DNA from: Anaeramoeba ignava BMAN
Taxonomy: Eukaryota > Protista > Anaeramoebae
Assembly (NCBI GenBank): GCA_028826165.1
Contig: JAPDFW010000090.1
Span: 62,001-126,000 of the forward strand
Direction: 5' to 3'
Length of the DNA stretch: 64,000 nt
The notes beneath the pieces are model-generated. The model did no database searches and was not told the DNA's origin. It worked only from the letters and a program-made list of their open reading frames with translations. Every line of letters starts with the position of its first letter. Within the stretch, counting starts at the first letter, position 1. Of this stretch, positions 25,636 to 39,086 are shown in pieces. Both the position numbers and the translations under genes were made by a program.

Positions 25636-27394
25636 ATGAATGATTGTTTATTTTTTGGTTCAAATCAAAATCCAAAACTTATAAAAAATGAAACAGATTT
25701 AATAACAAAACCAATTCAATTTAAATTTGAAAATGAAAATGAAAATGAAAAACAAATTAAACAAATTTCATCAAGTGATTTTGGAACAATTTTCCTTTTT
25801 AAAAACGGAAAAGCAATAGAATATTTAAAAGAAAATGATTCAAATCCTCAAGAAATCCAAATTGAAGAAAATATTCAAAAAGTAACTGTTGGTTATGAAA
25901 ATGAAGTTATTTTAACAATAGAAGGAAATGTATTTGCCAAAGGAAAAGATATTAATTCAAAAAATCCAAATAAATTTATCAATATTTCATCATTAATTGA
26001 AGATACAAATGATAGAATAATTCAAGATATTGTTTCTGGAAGAAATTCAATTTATTTATTAACTTCAAATCAAAATGCTTATGGAATTGGTTCAAATGAA
26101 TATGGTCAACTTGGTTTTGATCCTCAAACACTTAAAAAAACAGAAAAACCAATTTTAATGATGAAAAATGTTTCTAAAATATTTTCAGGAAATACTTCAA
26201 ATTATGTTTTTCTTTTAAATCCAAATCAAGAATTATTTGGATGCGGTTATAATTATTATCGTCAACTTGGATTAGGTGAATCAAGAAAAGAATCAAAAAT
26301 CCAAAACTTAACCAAAATCCAAAATATTCCAAAAGGCAAAATAATTGATATTCAATGTGGATTTCTTCATTCAATAATGTTGATTGAAAATGAAAATGAA
26401 AATCCAAAAAGAAAACTTTATTCATGTGGAAATTATCAATATAATGGACTTGGCAAAGATGAAAATACTTATGAATTTACTGAAATTAAATCATCTTTAT
26501 TTGAAAATGATAATATTCTTGATTTTTCTGTTGGTGGTGTTCATAATTTGATTTTAACTTCCAATAATAAGATGATAGGATTTGGTGCTAATTTTTCTGG
26601 TCAATTAGGAACTGGAGATAGAAAATATCAAAAAATTCCAATTCAAATTGAACTTCCTAAATTAAGATTTAATGAAAATATTTACAATTATCATGTTCTT
26701 TGTGGATATTTAAATTCATTTATTTATTATTCTTCTCCTCCTTTTTCCAATCTTGAAGAAGATTTGATAAAATTATTTAGAAGAAAAGAATTTTGTGATA
26801 TTTCATTTAAAACCAAAAATGGAGAAATAATTGAAGTTCATAAATTAATATTGAAATATAGATTAAATCAAAATCAAAATCAAAATCAAATTGAAAAATT
26901 TAAAGAAATTATTTCAAAAATCAATTAAAGAATCAAATCAAATATTTGAAATGATTTATTCAAACAGAATAATAAATCCAAAATTATATTCTGAAATTAA
27001 AGAAATTATAAATTCAAATGAAAAAATTGAAGAAACAATGAAAAGAATTTATTTAAATGAAAATGAAAATGAAAAAGATTTTATTATTGAAAGAAAAGAA
27101 AAACAATATAAATTTCCTAAATTAATATTAATAATGAGAAGTGAATTATATCGAGGAATGTTTTTATCTGTAACAGAAGATAAATCTAATAAAGTTACAG
27201 ATTATAGTGAATTGAGTAATAAATCATTTCAAATATTTGAATATTGGATTTATTCAAATCAAATTAAAGAAGAAATTCAAATTACACAAGAAATTATTAA
27301 AGAAATTGAAATAGGAATTGATTATTTTCAATTAAATGAAACAAATCCAAATTTATTTGATTTATTAATTAACAAATTTAATAATCAAAATTAA
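25636..27394 (+). CDS. RCC1 beta-propeller + tandem BTB protein, copy 2 (frameshift near 26918)
   Basis: Inverted paralogue of 21610-23374. ORFs 25555-26928 and 26891-27394 join across an A-run. Confidence 0.88.
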
Positions 27395-28240
27395 TAAAGA
27401 AAATAAGAATAGATTTAATTTAATATTTAATTTATAAATTAATTTAAAAATATAATTTAATATTTAATTTTATTATTAAAATAATAATTTATTGTTTTAG
27501 ATTTAAATATTTTATTAATTAAATATTAAACATATAAATATAAAAAATGAGAATAGATTTAATTTAATATTTAATTTATAAATCAATTTAAAAATATAAT
27601 TTAATATTTAATTTTATTATTAAAACAATAATTTAATGTTTTTAGATTTAAATATTTTATTATTTAAATATTTAACATATAAATATAAAAATAAAAATAT
27701 ATTTAATTTAATATTTAATTTATAAATTAATTTAAAAATATAATCTAATATTTAATTTTATTATTAAAATATTAATTTAATGTTTTAGATTTAAATATTT
27801 TATTATTCAAATATTTAACATATAAATATAAAAATAAGAATAGATTTAATTTAATATTAATTTATAAATTAATTTAAAAATATAATCTAATATTTAATTT
27901 TATTATTAAAATAATAATTTATTGTTTTAGATTTAAATATTTTATTATTTAAATATTTAACATATAAATATAAAAATGAGAATAAATTTAATTTAATATT
28001 TAATTTATAAATTAATTTAAAAATATAATTTAATATTTAATTTTATTATTAAAATAATAATTTAATGTTTTAGATTTTAAATATTTTATTATTTAAATAT
28101 TTAACATATAAATATAAAAATGAAAATAGATTTAATTTAATATTTAATTTATAAATTAATTTAAAAATATAATTTAATATTTAATTTTATGTTTAAAATA
28201 ATAATTTATTGTTTTAGATTTAAATATTTTATTATTTAAA
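27395..28240. repeat. Inverted copy of the ~144-bp satellite, ~6 units, 3' of RCC1-BTB copy 2
   Basis: The reverse-complement anchor TGTTTTAGATTT recurs about every 144 bp. Unique flank homology extends to about 28334, matching about 20371. Confidence 0.9.
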
Positions 28241-28650
28241 AATATTTTGAAAATTGATTTTTGAAATTAAAATTTTATCTTTTTGAATTAAATTGAATTA
28301 ATATTAATTTGAAAATTTGTTTTTAAAATTTAAATTTATTATTAATTTTTAAATTCCAAAAAAAAAAATTAAATTAAAAATTAAATTAAAATAATTTTCC
28401 TTTTTTTTTAATAATAAAAATTAATAAAAAATAATAATAATTTATTAATAAATTAATTTAAAATAATAAATTAAAAAGAATATTAAATTAATTATTAATT
28501 TAAATTTATTCTTATTTTTTATATTTTTATTTATTTTCAAAATCCACTTTTTTTATTTATTTTTTTTTTAAATTTTTTTTTTCATTTTTTTCCTTTTTTT
28601 TTAAAAAACAAAAACACAACAAAACAAAAAACAAAAAACACAAAAACAAA

Positions 28651-30366
28651 ATGAATAACAATAATAATAACCAAATTGAAAATGCAAATCAAAATGAAAA
28701 TGAAAATCAAAATGAAAAGAAAAATTTAGAAAAAAAAGTAACAAAAAATTTAATTAAAGATTATTCAAACCTTTTAAATGGAAATTCATTTAAAGATTTT
28801 TCAATTTTTGTTGAGAATAAATCAAATCCTTTTGAAATTAAAGTTCATAAATCAATTTTATCTTCAAGATCTCCTTTTTTTAATGAGTCATTAAGGCAAG
28901 AATCTCTTTCTATTTCTTTAAATCAATTTAATAAAAAAGAAATGGAATCAATTTTGAGTTATATTTATTATGGAAATATTTCTTTTGAGAATCAAGAAAA
29001 TCTTATTCAATTATTAGAAATTTCAATTTATTTTAAATTAAATTTATTGAAAGAAATTATTCAAAAAAAAATTTTAAATTCAATTAATTATTCAAATTTT
29101 TTCCAATTTTTATTCCAAAATCGAAATTTAAATTCAAATGAAATTGAAATAAAATGTTTTGAATTAATAAATCAAAATTTTTCCCAAATTCAGAATAATG
29201 AGAATTTATTCAATTTAACTAAAGAAGAAATTATCAAATTTATTCAATTTAAACAAGAAAAAAAAGAAATTTTTCAATTTGATTTTTTTCAATTTTTAAA
29301 TAATTGGATTAAAAAAAGAAATCAAAGATTAAAAGGAAAGAAAGAAAAAGAAAAAGAAAAAGGAAAGGGAATTGAAAAGAAAAGATTATTTCATTCTTTT
29401 TTTTCATTATTTGATAAAGATTCAATTTCGAAACAAGATTTTGATAAATTAAAACAATTTGATTTTTTTCCTAAATCTTTTTTAGTTGATATTCAAAACA
29501 AAGTTATTCAAGACAATCAAAAAGAAATTGAAAACAAAGAAAAAGAAATTGAAGAGAAATGGAAGAAAGAGATTGAAGAGAAAAACAAGGAAATTGAAGA
29601 TAAAAACAAAGAAATTGAAGATAAATGGAAGAAAGAAATTGAGGATAAAAACAAAGAAATTGAAAATAAAGAGAAAGAAATTGAAGATAAAAACAAAGAA
29701 ATTGAAGATAAAAACAAAGAAATTGAAGAGAAATGGAAGAAAGAAGTTGAGAAAATGAAAGAAGAAATGGAATTACAAAAGATTTTTTCAGATTCAGAAA
29801 TTATTAAAGATATTGAATATGTTAAGAAATTACAAGAATGGATAAATGATAATGATTTTTTTTCTAAAATGAAAAAAGGATTTTCAGCAAAAAGAGATGG
29901 ATTTGATTGTAAAAAATGGCACGATATTTGTGGGAATAAAGGAAAAACATTAGTTATTATCAAAACAAAACAAAATTTTATTTTTGGAGGTTTTACTCAA
30001 GTTGGATTTTCAAGCAATCCTTCAAAATGGTCAGAAAATAATACATCTTGGGGTAAAATTACTGATTCAAATGCTTTCCTTTTTTCATTAAGAAATGATA
30101 AAGGAGATAGAATACCTGCAAAGTTTACAATTAAACAAGGTCAAGAAAAGGAAGCTCTAAGGAATAGTTATGGGAATTATGGTCCAATATTTGGTGCTGG
30201 ATGTGATTTGGTTTTATCTTCTAATTTACAACCTGGTTATTCAAATTTTGGTGATAGTTATAATATACCTAATGGAATTACTTATAATTCAAATGAAGCT
30301 AATAGTTATTTAGCTGGTTCTTATAATTCATGGGTTGTTGATGAAGTTGAATCTTATTTCATTTAA
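28651..30366 (+). CDS. BTB + heptad coiled coil + TLDc domain protein
   Basis: KDFSIFV...IKVHKSILSSRSPFF (BTB); KEIEDKN heptad repeats; FSAKRDGF...WHDIC.NKGKTLVIIKT...IFGGFT...GPIFGAG.DL...VDEVE (TLDc). Confidence 0.92.
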   Translation: MNNNNNNQIENANQNENENQNEKKNLEKKVTKNLIKDYSNLLNGNSFKDFSIFVENKSNPFEIKVHKSILSSRSPFFNESLRQESLSISLNQFNKKEMESILSYIYYGNISFENQENLIQLLEISIYFKLNLLKEIIQKKILNSINYSNFFQFLFQNRNLNSNEIEIKCFELINQNFSQIQNNENLFNLTKEEIIKFIQFKQEKKEIFQFDFFQFLNNWIKKRNQRLKGKKEKEKEKGKGIEKKRLFHSFFSLFDKDSISKQDFDKLKQFDFFPKSFLVDIQNKVIQDNQKEIENKEKEIEEKWKKEIEEKNKEIEDKNKEIEDKWKKEIEDKNKEIENKEKEIEDKNKEIEDKNKEIEEKWKKEVEKMKEEMELQKIFSDSEIIKDIEYVKKLQEWINDNDFFSKMKKGFSAKRDGFDCKKWHDICGNKGKTLVIIKTKQNFIFGGFTQVGFSSNPSKWSENNTSWGKITDSNAFLFSLRNDKGDRIPAKFTIKQGQEKEALRNSYGNYGPIFGAGCDLVLSSNLQPGYSNFGDSYNIPNGITYNSNEANSYLAGSYNSWVVDEVESYFI

Positions 30367-30839
30367 AAATTAATTAATAATAAGAAAATCAAACTTTTTT
30401 TTTTTTAATTTTTTTTTTCAAAATTTAATTCAATTTTAATTTACTTTTAATCAAATTAATTTCTTTAAAATAATAAATAAGAAACAAATTTAATTTTAAA
30501 TAATTTAATTTTAATTTAAAATATTTATTAAAAATTTAATTAATAAAAAATAATCCAAAAAAAAAAATAATAAATTTTAAAAAATTGAATATTTTTAATA
30601 TAATAAATAAAAATAAAAATTGAAAATAGAAATTAATAATAATTAAATTTAAATTCATTAATTAAAATATTAAAATAAAAAAATCAAATAAAATTTGTTA
30701 TTAATTAATATTTAAATATTAATAAATTATAATCAAAATCAAAAATAGAATAATTAGTAAATTATTTTTTTAGAAAGTTTATCTTATTCAATCATGTTAA
30801 ATTCAATTTATTTAAAATTTTTTAATTTTTTAATTTTAT

Positions 30840-31575
30840 TTTTAATATATTTTATTATAATTAAAATTGGAATAATAAATAATCAAAAATATTAATATAA
30901 TAAATAAAAATATTATATCAAATTAAATTAAAATAAATTTAAATTTAATTATTATTAAAATTAAATATTTATATTTATTAAAAATTTATTCCATTTTTAT
31001 TATAATTAAAATTGGAATAATAATTGAAAATAATATAATAAATAAAAATATTAAATTAAATTAAAATAAAATAAATTTAAATTAAATTATTATTAAATAT
31101 TATTAAAATTAAATATATATATTTATTAAAATATTTCAATTTTCTTCTCAATTTTATTAAATTATTGGGAATTATTTTATATTATTTTAAATAAATATTA
31201 ATAAAATATAAAATATAATTAATTCTAAATTTAATTATTTAATATTATTTATTCCATTTTTGAAATAAATTAATCAAAAATATTTTATTAATTTTATTAA
31301 ATTATTGGGAATAATTTTATATTATTTTAAATAAAGAAATATTAATAAAATATATAAAATAGAATTAATTTTAAATTTAATTATTTAATATTCTTTATTC
31401 CATTTTTGAAATAAATTAATTAAAATATTTTATTAATTTTATTAAATTATTGAGAATAATTTTATATTATTTTAAATAAAGAAATATTAATAAAATATAT
31501 AAGATATAATTAATTTATAATTTAATTATTTAATATTCTTTATTCCATTTTTGAAATAAATTAATTAAAATATTT
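30840..31575. repeat. Two short AT-rich tandem arrays with ~140-145-bp units
   Basis: TTATTATAATTAAAATTGGAATAATAA at about 30852 and 30997; ATTTTATTAAATTATTG at 31151, 31291 and 31436. Confidence 0.7.
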
Positions 31576-31835
31576 TATAATTGAAAGAAAAGAAAAACAA
31601 TATAAATTTCCTAAATTAATATTAATAATGAGAAGTGAATTATATCGAGGAATGTTTTTATCTGTTACAAATGATAATTCTAATAAATGAATTAAGTAAT
31701 AAATCATTTCAAGTATTTGAATATTGGATTTATTCAAATCAAATCAAAGATGAAATTCAAATTACAAAAGAAATAATTGATGAAATTAAAATAGGAATTG
31801 ATTATTTTCAATTAAATCAAACAAATCCAAATTAA
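31575..31835 (+). pseudogene. 3' fragment of an RCC1-BTB gene (second BTB only, with internal deletion)
   Basis: Near-identical to about 27082-27350 (IERKEKQYKFPKLILIMRSELYRGMFLSVT...WIYSNQIK...IDYFQLNQTNPN). It has no start and carries a frameshifting deletion near 31687. Confidence 0.85.
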
Positions 31836-31940
31836 AATTAAAATTAAAATTAAAATTAAAATTAAAATTAAAACTAAAATTAAAATTAAAATTAAAAATT
31901 TTTTTTCATTTTTCATTTTTCATTTTTTATTTATTCAAGA

Positions 31941-34900
31941 ATGCAAGTTATAGAAACTTTAAGACAAAAGAAAACAAAAAAAATTTATCAACATACAAGA
32001 AATTATGTGAACAATTTGTATTTATTAGTGAATTTATATTATAGACCTTTAGAAAAAAAAGCGAATACAAAAAGTCAAATTTTATCAAAAAATGAAATTG
32101 AAGAAATTTTTGAAAATTTAAAACAAATTACAATACTTTTTGCAGAATTTTTATATAATATTGAGTATTTATTATTGACTTGGGAAAAAGATTATAAAAT
32201 AGGGGAATATTTTCTTCATTTAGTAATTTTTTTATTTAAAAATTCAAATTAAAATTTAAAATTAAAATTAAAATCAAAATTTAAAATTAAAATTAAAATT
32301 AAAATTAAAATTAAAATTAAAATTAAAATTAAAATTTAAAATTAAAATTAAAATTAAAATTAAAATTAAAATTAAAATTAAAATTAAAATTTAAAATTTC
32401 AAAATTAAAATTAAAATTAAAATTAAAACCAAATTAAAATTAAAAATTAAAATTAAAATTAAAATTAAATTTAAAACTAAATTAAAATTAAAATTAAAAT
32501 TCAAATTAAAATTAAAATTAAAATTAAAATTAAAATTAAAATTAAAATTAAAATTAAAATTAAAATTAAAATTAAAATTAAAATTAAAATTAAAATTAAA
32601 ATTAAAATTAAAATTAAAATTAAAATTAAAATTAAAATTAAAATTAAAATTAAAATTAAAATTAAAATTAAAATTAAAATTAAAATTAAAATTAAAATTA
32701 AAATTAAAATTAAAATTAAAATTAAAATTCAAATTAAAATTTAAAATTAAAATTAAAATTAAAAATTAAAATTAAAATTAAAATTAAAATTAAAATTCAT
32801 TTATAAAATTAAAATTAAAATTAAAATTAAAATTAAAAGAAAAATCGAATGCAAGATTTAGTTTCTTTTTGGAAATCTTCTATTTTTGCTTTGAAAAAAT
32901 TGAAAGAATTGGAATCAAATCAAACTTTTTCAATTTTTACTGAAAAAATTAAAAATAATTTAATTTGTGAAGGAAATTCTTTTGAAGAATATTTTCTTTT
33001 AACTCAATATTATCCATTTGTTTTAAAACATTATTTAAAGGTTTTTTATTTTAATTAAAATTCATTTGGAAATTAAAATTAATTTGGAAATTAAAATTCA
33101 TTTAGAAATTACTTCTTGTTACAGATACTGATCATCCAGATCATCAAATTATGGAAATTTTTATTAAAGATTTAAATTTAAATCTTTCAAAAATTTATTC
33201 AGAAAATTATAAATCAAAAAAAATAGAAGCAATTTCCCATTTTAAAAACCTTGATTTACAAATTGAAAATAAAATTAATTTGGATTTAGATTTAGTTCAA
33301 AATTCAAAAGAAAATGAAATCCAAATTGATGAAAAGGAAAATAAAAATGATAAACAAAAGGAAAAAAAGCAAGTTATAAATGAAGAAAATAAAAAAATAA
33401 ATGAAAATTTAGAAGAAAATGAAAATCAAAATGAAAATGAAAATAAGAACGAAAGTGAAAATTTAGAAGAAAATAAAAATCAAAATGAAAATCAAAAATG
33501 AAAATGAAAATGAAAATAAAACATTTATTGAAGAAAATGAAAAAAATATAAATTTAAATTTAAATTCAAAAACAAATCAAGTCAATGAAAAAGAAACAAA
33601 AAAAATGAAAAAAAATACTCCACAAAAAAATTCAACAGAGATATATAAATCAAAAGATCAATCAATTATTGAAACTGAAAAAATTAACAGGATAATCAAG
33701 AAATTACGAGTATCATCAATTTATTTAATTTAATATTTTAATAATTTATTATTTAATTTATTATTTAGAATCCTAAAAAAATTGAAAGAAAATTAATTAA
33801 TCATGGACCAGTAATGAAAATATCCAGAAAAAAGAAAGAGAAACGATATCTTATTCTTTGTTCTGACATATTTATTGTTGCAGGATTTGGGAAAATCAGT
33901 AAAAAAAGATTAGTTGTTCATTGGATTTTTAATTTGGAAACAATAAATGTTTATGATACACCAGAAAATAATAGTGGTATAATAAAATCAACTAAAATAT
34001 TCACTAAAAATTTGCTAATATTAATATCTGAATAGATATTCCAAATTCTTTTTCTATTAAAACACCTTGCAAAAGTTTTGTAGTTTTAACTCCAAATCAA
34101 GAAGATAAAATGAAATGGATTACAAAATTAAATAAACAAATCAAAAAAATTAAACAGGAATTAAATATTCCTGATTTTGAAAAACAAGAAGCACCAATTT
34201 GGCTTCCTGATGAATTAGTGAAACAATGTTATATTTGCAAACAAAAATTTACATTTGTTAGAAGACGAGTAAATTAAGAAATAAATATTCAAAGAAATAT
34301 TTAAAATTATTCAAAAAATATTTATTCAAAAAATATTCAAATATATTAATAGCATCATTGCAGAAATTGTGGAAAAATTGTTTGTGGAAATTGTAGTAGT
34401 CATAAAATGTTACTCCCAAATATTTCAGAAAAATCCAAACGTGTTTGTGATAATTGTTATCAAGAAGGATTGTAAATTTTTAATTTTAAATTTTGAAATG
34501 AATTTAAATTTTGAAATGGATTTAAATTTTGAAATTAATTTAAATTTTGAAATGAATTTAAATTTTGAAATTAATTTAAATTTTTAAATTAATTTTAATT
34601 TTTAAATGAATTTTAATTTCGAAATGAATTTAAATTTTGAAATTAATTTTAAATTTTGAAATGAATTTAAATTTTGAAATTAATTTAAATTTTGAAATGA
34701 ATTTAAATTTTGAAATGAATTTAAATTTTGAAATTAATTTAAATTTTGAAATGAATTTAAATTTTAAAATGAATTTAAATTTTAAAATGAATTTAAATTT
34801 TAAAATGAATTTAAATTTTGAAATGAATTTAAATTTTGAAATGAATTTAAATTTTGAAATGAATTTAAATTTTAAAATGAATTTAAATTTTAAAATGAAT

Positions 34901-35694
34901 TTAAATTTTAAAATGAATTTAAATTTTAAAATGAATTTAAATTTTGAAATGAATTTAAATTTTAAAATGAATTTAAATTTTGAAATGAATTTAAATTTTA
35001 AAATGAATTTAAATTTTGAAATGAATTTTAATTTTAAAATGAATTTTAATTTTAAAATGGATTTAAATTTTGAAATTAATTTAAATTTTGAAATGAATTT
35101 AAATTTTAAAATGGATTTAAATTTTGAAATGAATTTAAATTTTGAAATTAATTTAAATTTTGAAATGAATTTAAATTTTGAAATGAATTTAAATTTTGAA
35201 ATTAATTTTAATTTTGAAATAGAAAAAAGAAAGCTTTTGAAGAAAGATTTAAAAATTTAACTGAAAATTCACCAAACTTAAAATCAGAAAATGAAAAACT
35301 TAGAAGAAGAGCAACTATTTTTGTTCCTGTTTTTGAAACAAATAAAACTTTAATAGAAAAACCACAAAATCAACCAAAAATTGAAAGTAAATTCTCTCAA
35401 CGTTCAAAATCAAAAACATTAGATAATCTTGAAATCAAAGAAATTAATTCAAATTCAAATTCAAGATCTCAAAAAAATCCAAAATCACCAAGATTTACAA
35501 TTTATCAATCTCCAAGATTAAATATTCCACTTTCTCCTAGATTTCAAAAACAAAATCAAAAACAAAATCAAAATCAAAATCAAAAACAAAATCAAAATCA
35601 AAAACAAAAACAAAAACAAAATCAAAATCAAAATCAAAAACAAAATTCTCCAAAAAATATTTTTTCTTCTTCTTTTCCAAGAAATTCAAATTAG
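31941..35694 (+). CDS. FGD-like DH(RhoGEF)-PH-FYVE protein, multi-exon
   Basis: Degenerate DH (YVNNLYLLVNLYYRPL...IFENLKQI); PH (RYLILCSDIFIV...KSFVVLTPNQEDKMKWITKL); FYVE (WLPDE...C..C...FTFVRRR|HHCRNCGKIVCGNCS...RVCDNC). GT-AG introns. Confidence 0.88.
32250..32836 (+). repeat. Intronic (AAAATT)n microsatellite
   Basis: Nearly pure hexamer array inside intron 32223-32839. Confidence 0.92.
34480..35220 (+). repeat. Intronic 18-bp minisatellite (GAAATGAATTTAAATTTT), ~40 copies
   Basis: Lies between the GT at about 34472 and the AG at about 35222. It explains the spurious FEMNLN ORFs. Confidence 0.92.
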
Positions 35695-36157
35695 AGAAAA
35701 AAAAAAGGGAAAATCGGAAAAAAAAAACAAATTATAATTTTAATTATAATTTTAATATGTTCAAAAAAAATAATAAAAAAATAATCACAAAAATACCCCA
35801 AAACAAGACATTTTAAATTTAATTTTAATTTAATTTTAATTTAAAAAAAAAACGTTTTTAATACGTAATTAAAAAAAAACAAACAAAAACAAAAATAAGC
35901 AAAACTTTGCTTTTTTTTATTTCTTTATTATTTAATTACAAATCATGAGTTGTATTATTTATTGTTTATTATTTTTTTTTAATAAAAGAAATTGATTTTT
36001 TGTTTAATTTATTTTGTGGATAAATTTAAAAGAAAAAAAAAAACATTTTTCATTTTACATTTTTCTTTTTTTTCTTATTATTTTCATTCTTGTTAATTCT
36101 TTTTTAAATTTAAATTTTTCTTTTAAATTCCCATTTTGCTTTTTTTTTTATTTTTGG

Positions 36158-36899
36158 ATGAGTATTTTTATTGAACAACAATTTCTTTTAAACCTTTTTG
36201 AACCAGATTGTACTTTTCATTCTGAACCAACTTTCCCATCCAATCATTATTCAGATTTTTGTAATTCAATCCAAGAAGCTGATCAACAACTTACACTTTT
36301 TATTAAAAACACAAACAAAAATAAAAAAGACTTTGATCGTTTAATTTTTTTGAATGGAATAAAACAAACTGAAGCAAAAATGTACTCGAATTCGATTAAA
36401 AGGTAATTCGATTTAATAATTTTTATTATTTTTTATTAATTTTTATTAATTTTTATTAATTTTGAACGATCCAAAAATTTCTTTTATTTTTTTTTTATTT
36501 ATTGATCTTTTTTTTCTTTTTTTTTTTTTTGCTTTCATTTTCTTTTTAGACCTCAAATGGATGAAGTTATTGAAGAAATGTTAAAAAAAAATAAAAAGAA
36601 AAGAAGAAAATTTGCTGAAAATGGAGAAATTTTTAATGATTTAAAAGAAGAAAGGTAATTAAAATTAAAATAATTAAAATTAAAATTAAAATTAAAATTA
36701 AAATTAAAATTAAAATTTTTAATTCTTTTTTTCTTTTAGAAATCATTTAATCCGTTTTAGAAAAATGTATATTCTTCTTGGTTTTTTGGAAAAAATTGCA
36801 ATTGGAAGAAGTCATGAAATTGAAGACCTTTCTGTTCAAAAAATTGTTTCTTTAATTGAAAAATATAAAAAATTGAATACAATCGGCACTCATATTTGA
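36158..36899 (+). CDS. Hypothetical protein, 3 exons
   Basis: MSIFIEQQF...; GT-AG introns at about 36403-36549 and 36655-36739 keep the frame open to a TGA at 36897-36899. Confidence 0.6.
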
Positions 36900-37219
36900 A
36901 TTTAAATTTAAATTTAAATTTAAGAAAAAAACCTTTTCGAATCTTCAATAATCAATAATGCTTTACTTTACTTTACTTTACTTTACTTTTTTAATTTAGT
37001 TTTTAATTGAAAAAAAAAAACAAAAAGATTTATCTTTGTTATTTTTAGATAGATCTTTTTGTTTTAATTTTTTTGTTTTAATTTTGTTTTAATTTTTTTG
37101 TTTTAATTTTTTTGTTTTAATTTGTTCCATTGAATTTTGTTGTTTTAATTGTTTGAAATTTTTGGAAAATAAAAAATTGAAAGAATAAAAAAATTTTTTT
37201 TTGGAATTTGTTTTTTTCC

Positions 37220-38905
37220 AAATAAATAATAATAAATTAATTAATATTTAAATTATAAATTATTTATTTAATTAATTTTAAATATTATTTTAAATTAATA
37301 TATTATTGATTATTATTGAATATTTTTAATATTTTATTTATTAAATATTTTAATTAAATAAATAATAATAAATTAATTAATATTTAATTAATATTTAAAT
37401 TATAAATTATTTATTTAATTAATTTTAAATATAATTTTAAATTAATATATTATTGATTATTATTAAATATTTTTAATATTTTATTTATTAAATATTTTAA
37501 TTAAATAAATAATAATAAATTAATTAATATTTAATTAATATTTAAATTATAAATTATTTATTTAGTTAATTTTAAATATAATTTTAAATTAATATATTAT
37601 TGATTATTATTAAATATTTTTGATATTTTATTTATTAAATATTTTAATCAAATAAATAGTAAGAAATAAATTAATATTTAATTAATATTTAAATTATAAA
37701 TTATTTATTTAATTAATTTTAAATATTATTTTAAATTAATATATTATTGCTTATTATTTAATATTTAGATATTTTATTTATTAAATATTTTAATTAAATA
37801 AATAATAAGAAATAAATTAATATTTAATTAATATTTAAATTATAAATTATTTATTTAATTAATTTTAAATATAATTTTAAATTAATATATTATTGATTAT
37901 TATTTAATATATTAGATATTTTATTTATTAAATATTTTAATCAAATAAATAATAAGAAATAAATTAATATTTAATTAATATTTAAATTATAAATTATTTA
38001 TTTAGTTAATTTTAAATATAATTTTAAATTAATATATTATTGATTATTATTAAATATTTTTGATATTTTATTTATTAAATATTTTAATTAAATAAATAAT
38101 AAGAAATAAATTAATATTTAATTAATATTTAAATTATAAATTATTTATTTGGTTAATTTTAAATATTATTTTAAATTAATATATAATTGATTATTATTTA
38201 ATATTTAGATATTTTATTTATTAAATATTTTAATTAAATAAATAATAAGAAATTAATTAATATTTAATTAATATTTAAATTATAAATTATTTATTTGGTT
38301 AATTTTAAATATAATTTTAAATTAATATATTATTAATTATTATTAAATATTTTTGATATTTTATTTATTAAATATTTGGTTAATTTTAAATATAATTTTA
38401 AATTAATATATTATTAATTATTATTAAATATTTTTGATATTTTATTTATTAAATATTTTAATTAAATAAATAATAAGAAATAAATTAATATTTAATTAAT
38501 ATTTAAATTATAAATTATTTATTTAATTAATTTTAAATATTATTTTAAATTAATATATTATTGATTATTATTGAATATTTTAGATATTTTATTTATTAAA
38601 TATTTTAATCAAATAAATAATAAGAAATAAATTAATAATTAATTAATATTTAAATTATAAATTAATTATTTAGTTAATTTTAAATATTATTTTAAATTAA
38701 TATATTATTGATTATTATTGAATATTTTTGATATTTTATTTATTAAATATTTTAATCAAATAAATAATAAGAAATTAATTAATATTTAATTAATATTTAA
38801 ATTATAAATTATTTATTTAATTAATTTTAAATATAATTTTAAATTAATATATTATTGATTATTATTTAATATTTTTAATATTTTATTTATTAAATATTTT
38901 AATCA
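37220..38905. repeat. AT-rich tandem satellite, 146-147-bp unit, ~11 copies, directly upstream of H3 variant copy 1
   Basis: The anchor AATTATAAAT recurs at 37251, 37398, 37545, 37692, 37838, 37985, 38132 and 38278 onwards. Confidence 0.93.
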
Positions 38906-38910
38906 AATAA

Positions 38911-39040
38911 AATCAAAACACTATTATCCAATAAATTAAGAGATTTAAAAATAATAAAAATCAAAAATTATTGGATAATATTTGATTAAAAAAAATATAA
39001 AAGGAAAAATAAATTTTTATTTCATTTTTTCATTTTATTT
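38911..39040 (+). promoter_or_regulatory. H3 promoter: inverted CCAAT pair, TATA-like box, TCATTTT initiator-like motifs
   Basis: TATTATCCAATAA (38922-38934) and its reverse complement TTATTGGATAATA (38968-38980); TATAAAAG near 38996; TCATTTT at about 39022 and 39030. All are conserved in copy 2 (46254-46375). Confidence 0.65.
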
Positions 39041-39086
39041 TATTTTCAAATTTATTTTTTATTAATTAATTAAATTTTTAAAAAAA

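Noticed and set aside
21610-27394. Diversity-generating retroelement behind RCC1 variation
   Set aside because: No reverse transcriptase or template repeat is present, and the changes are not adenine-specific.
32250-32836. (AAAATT)n as an interstitial telomere
   Set aside because: It has no G-rich strand and sits inside GT-AG introns.
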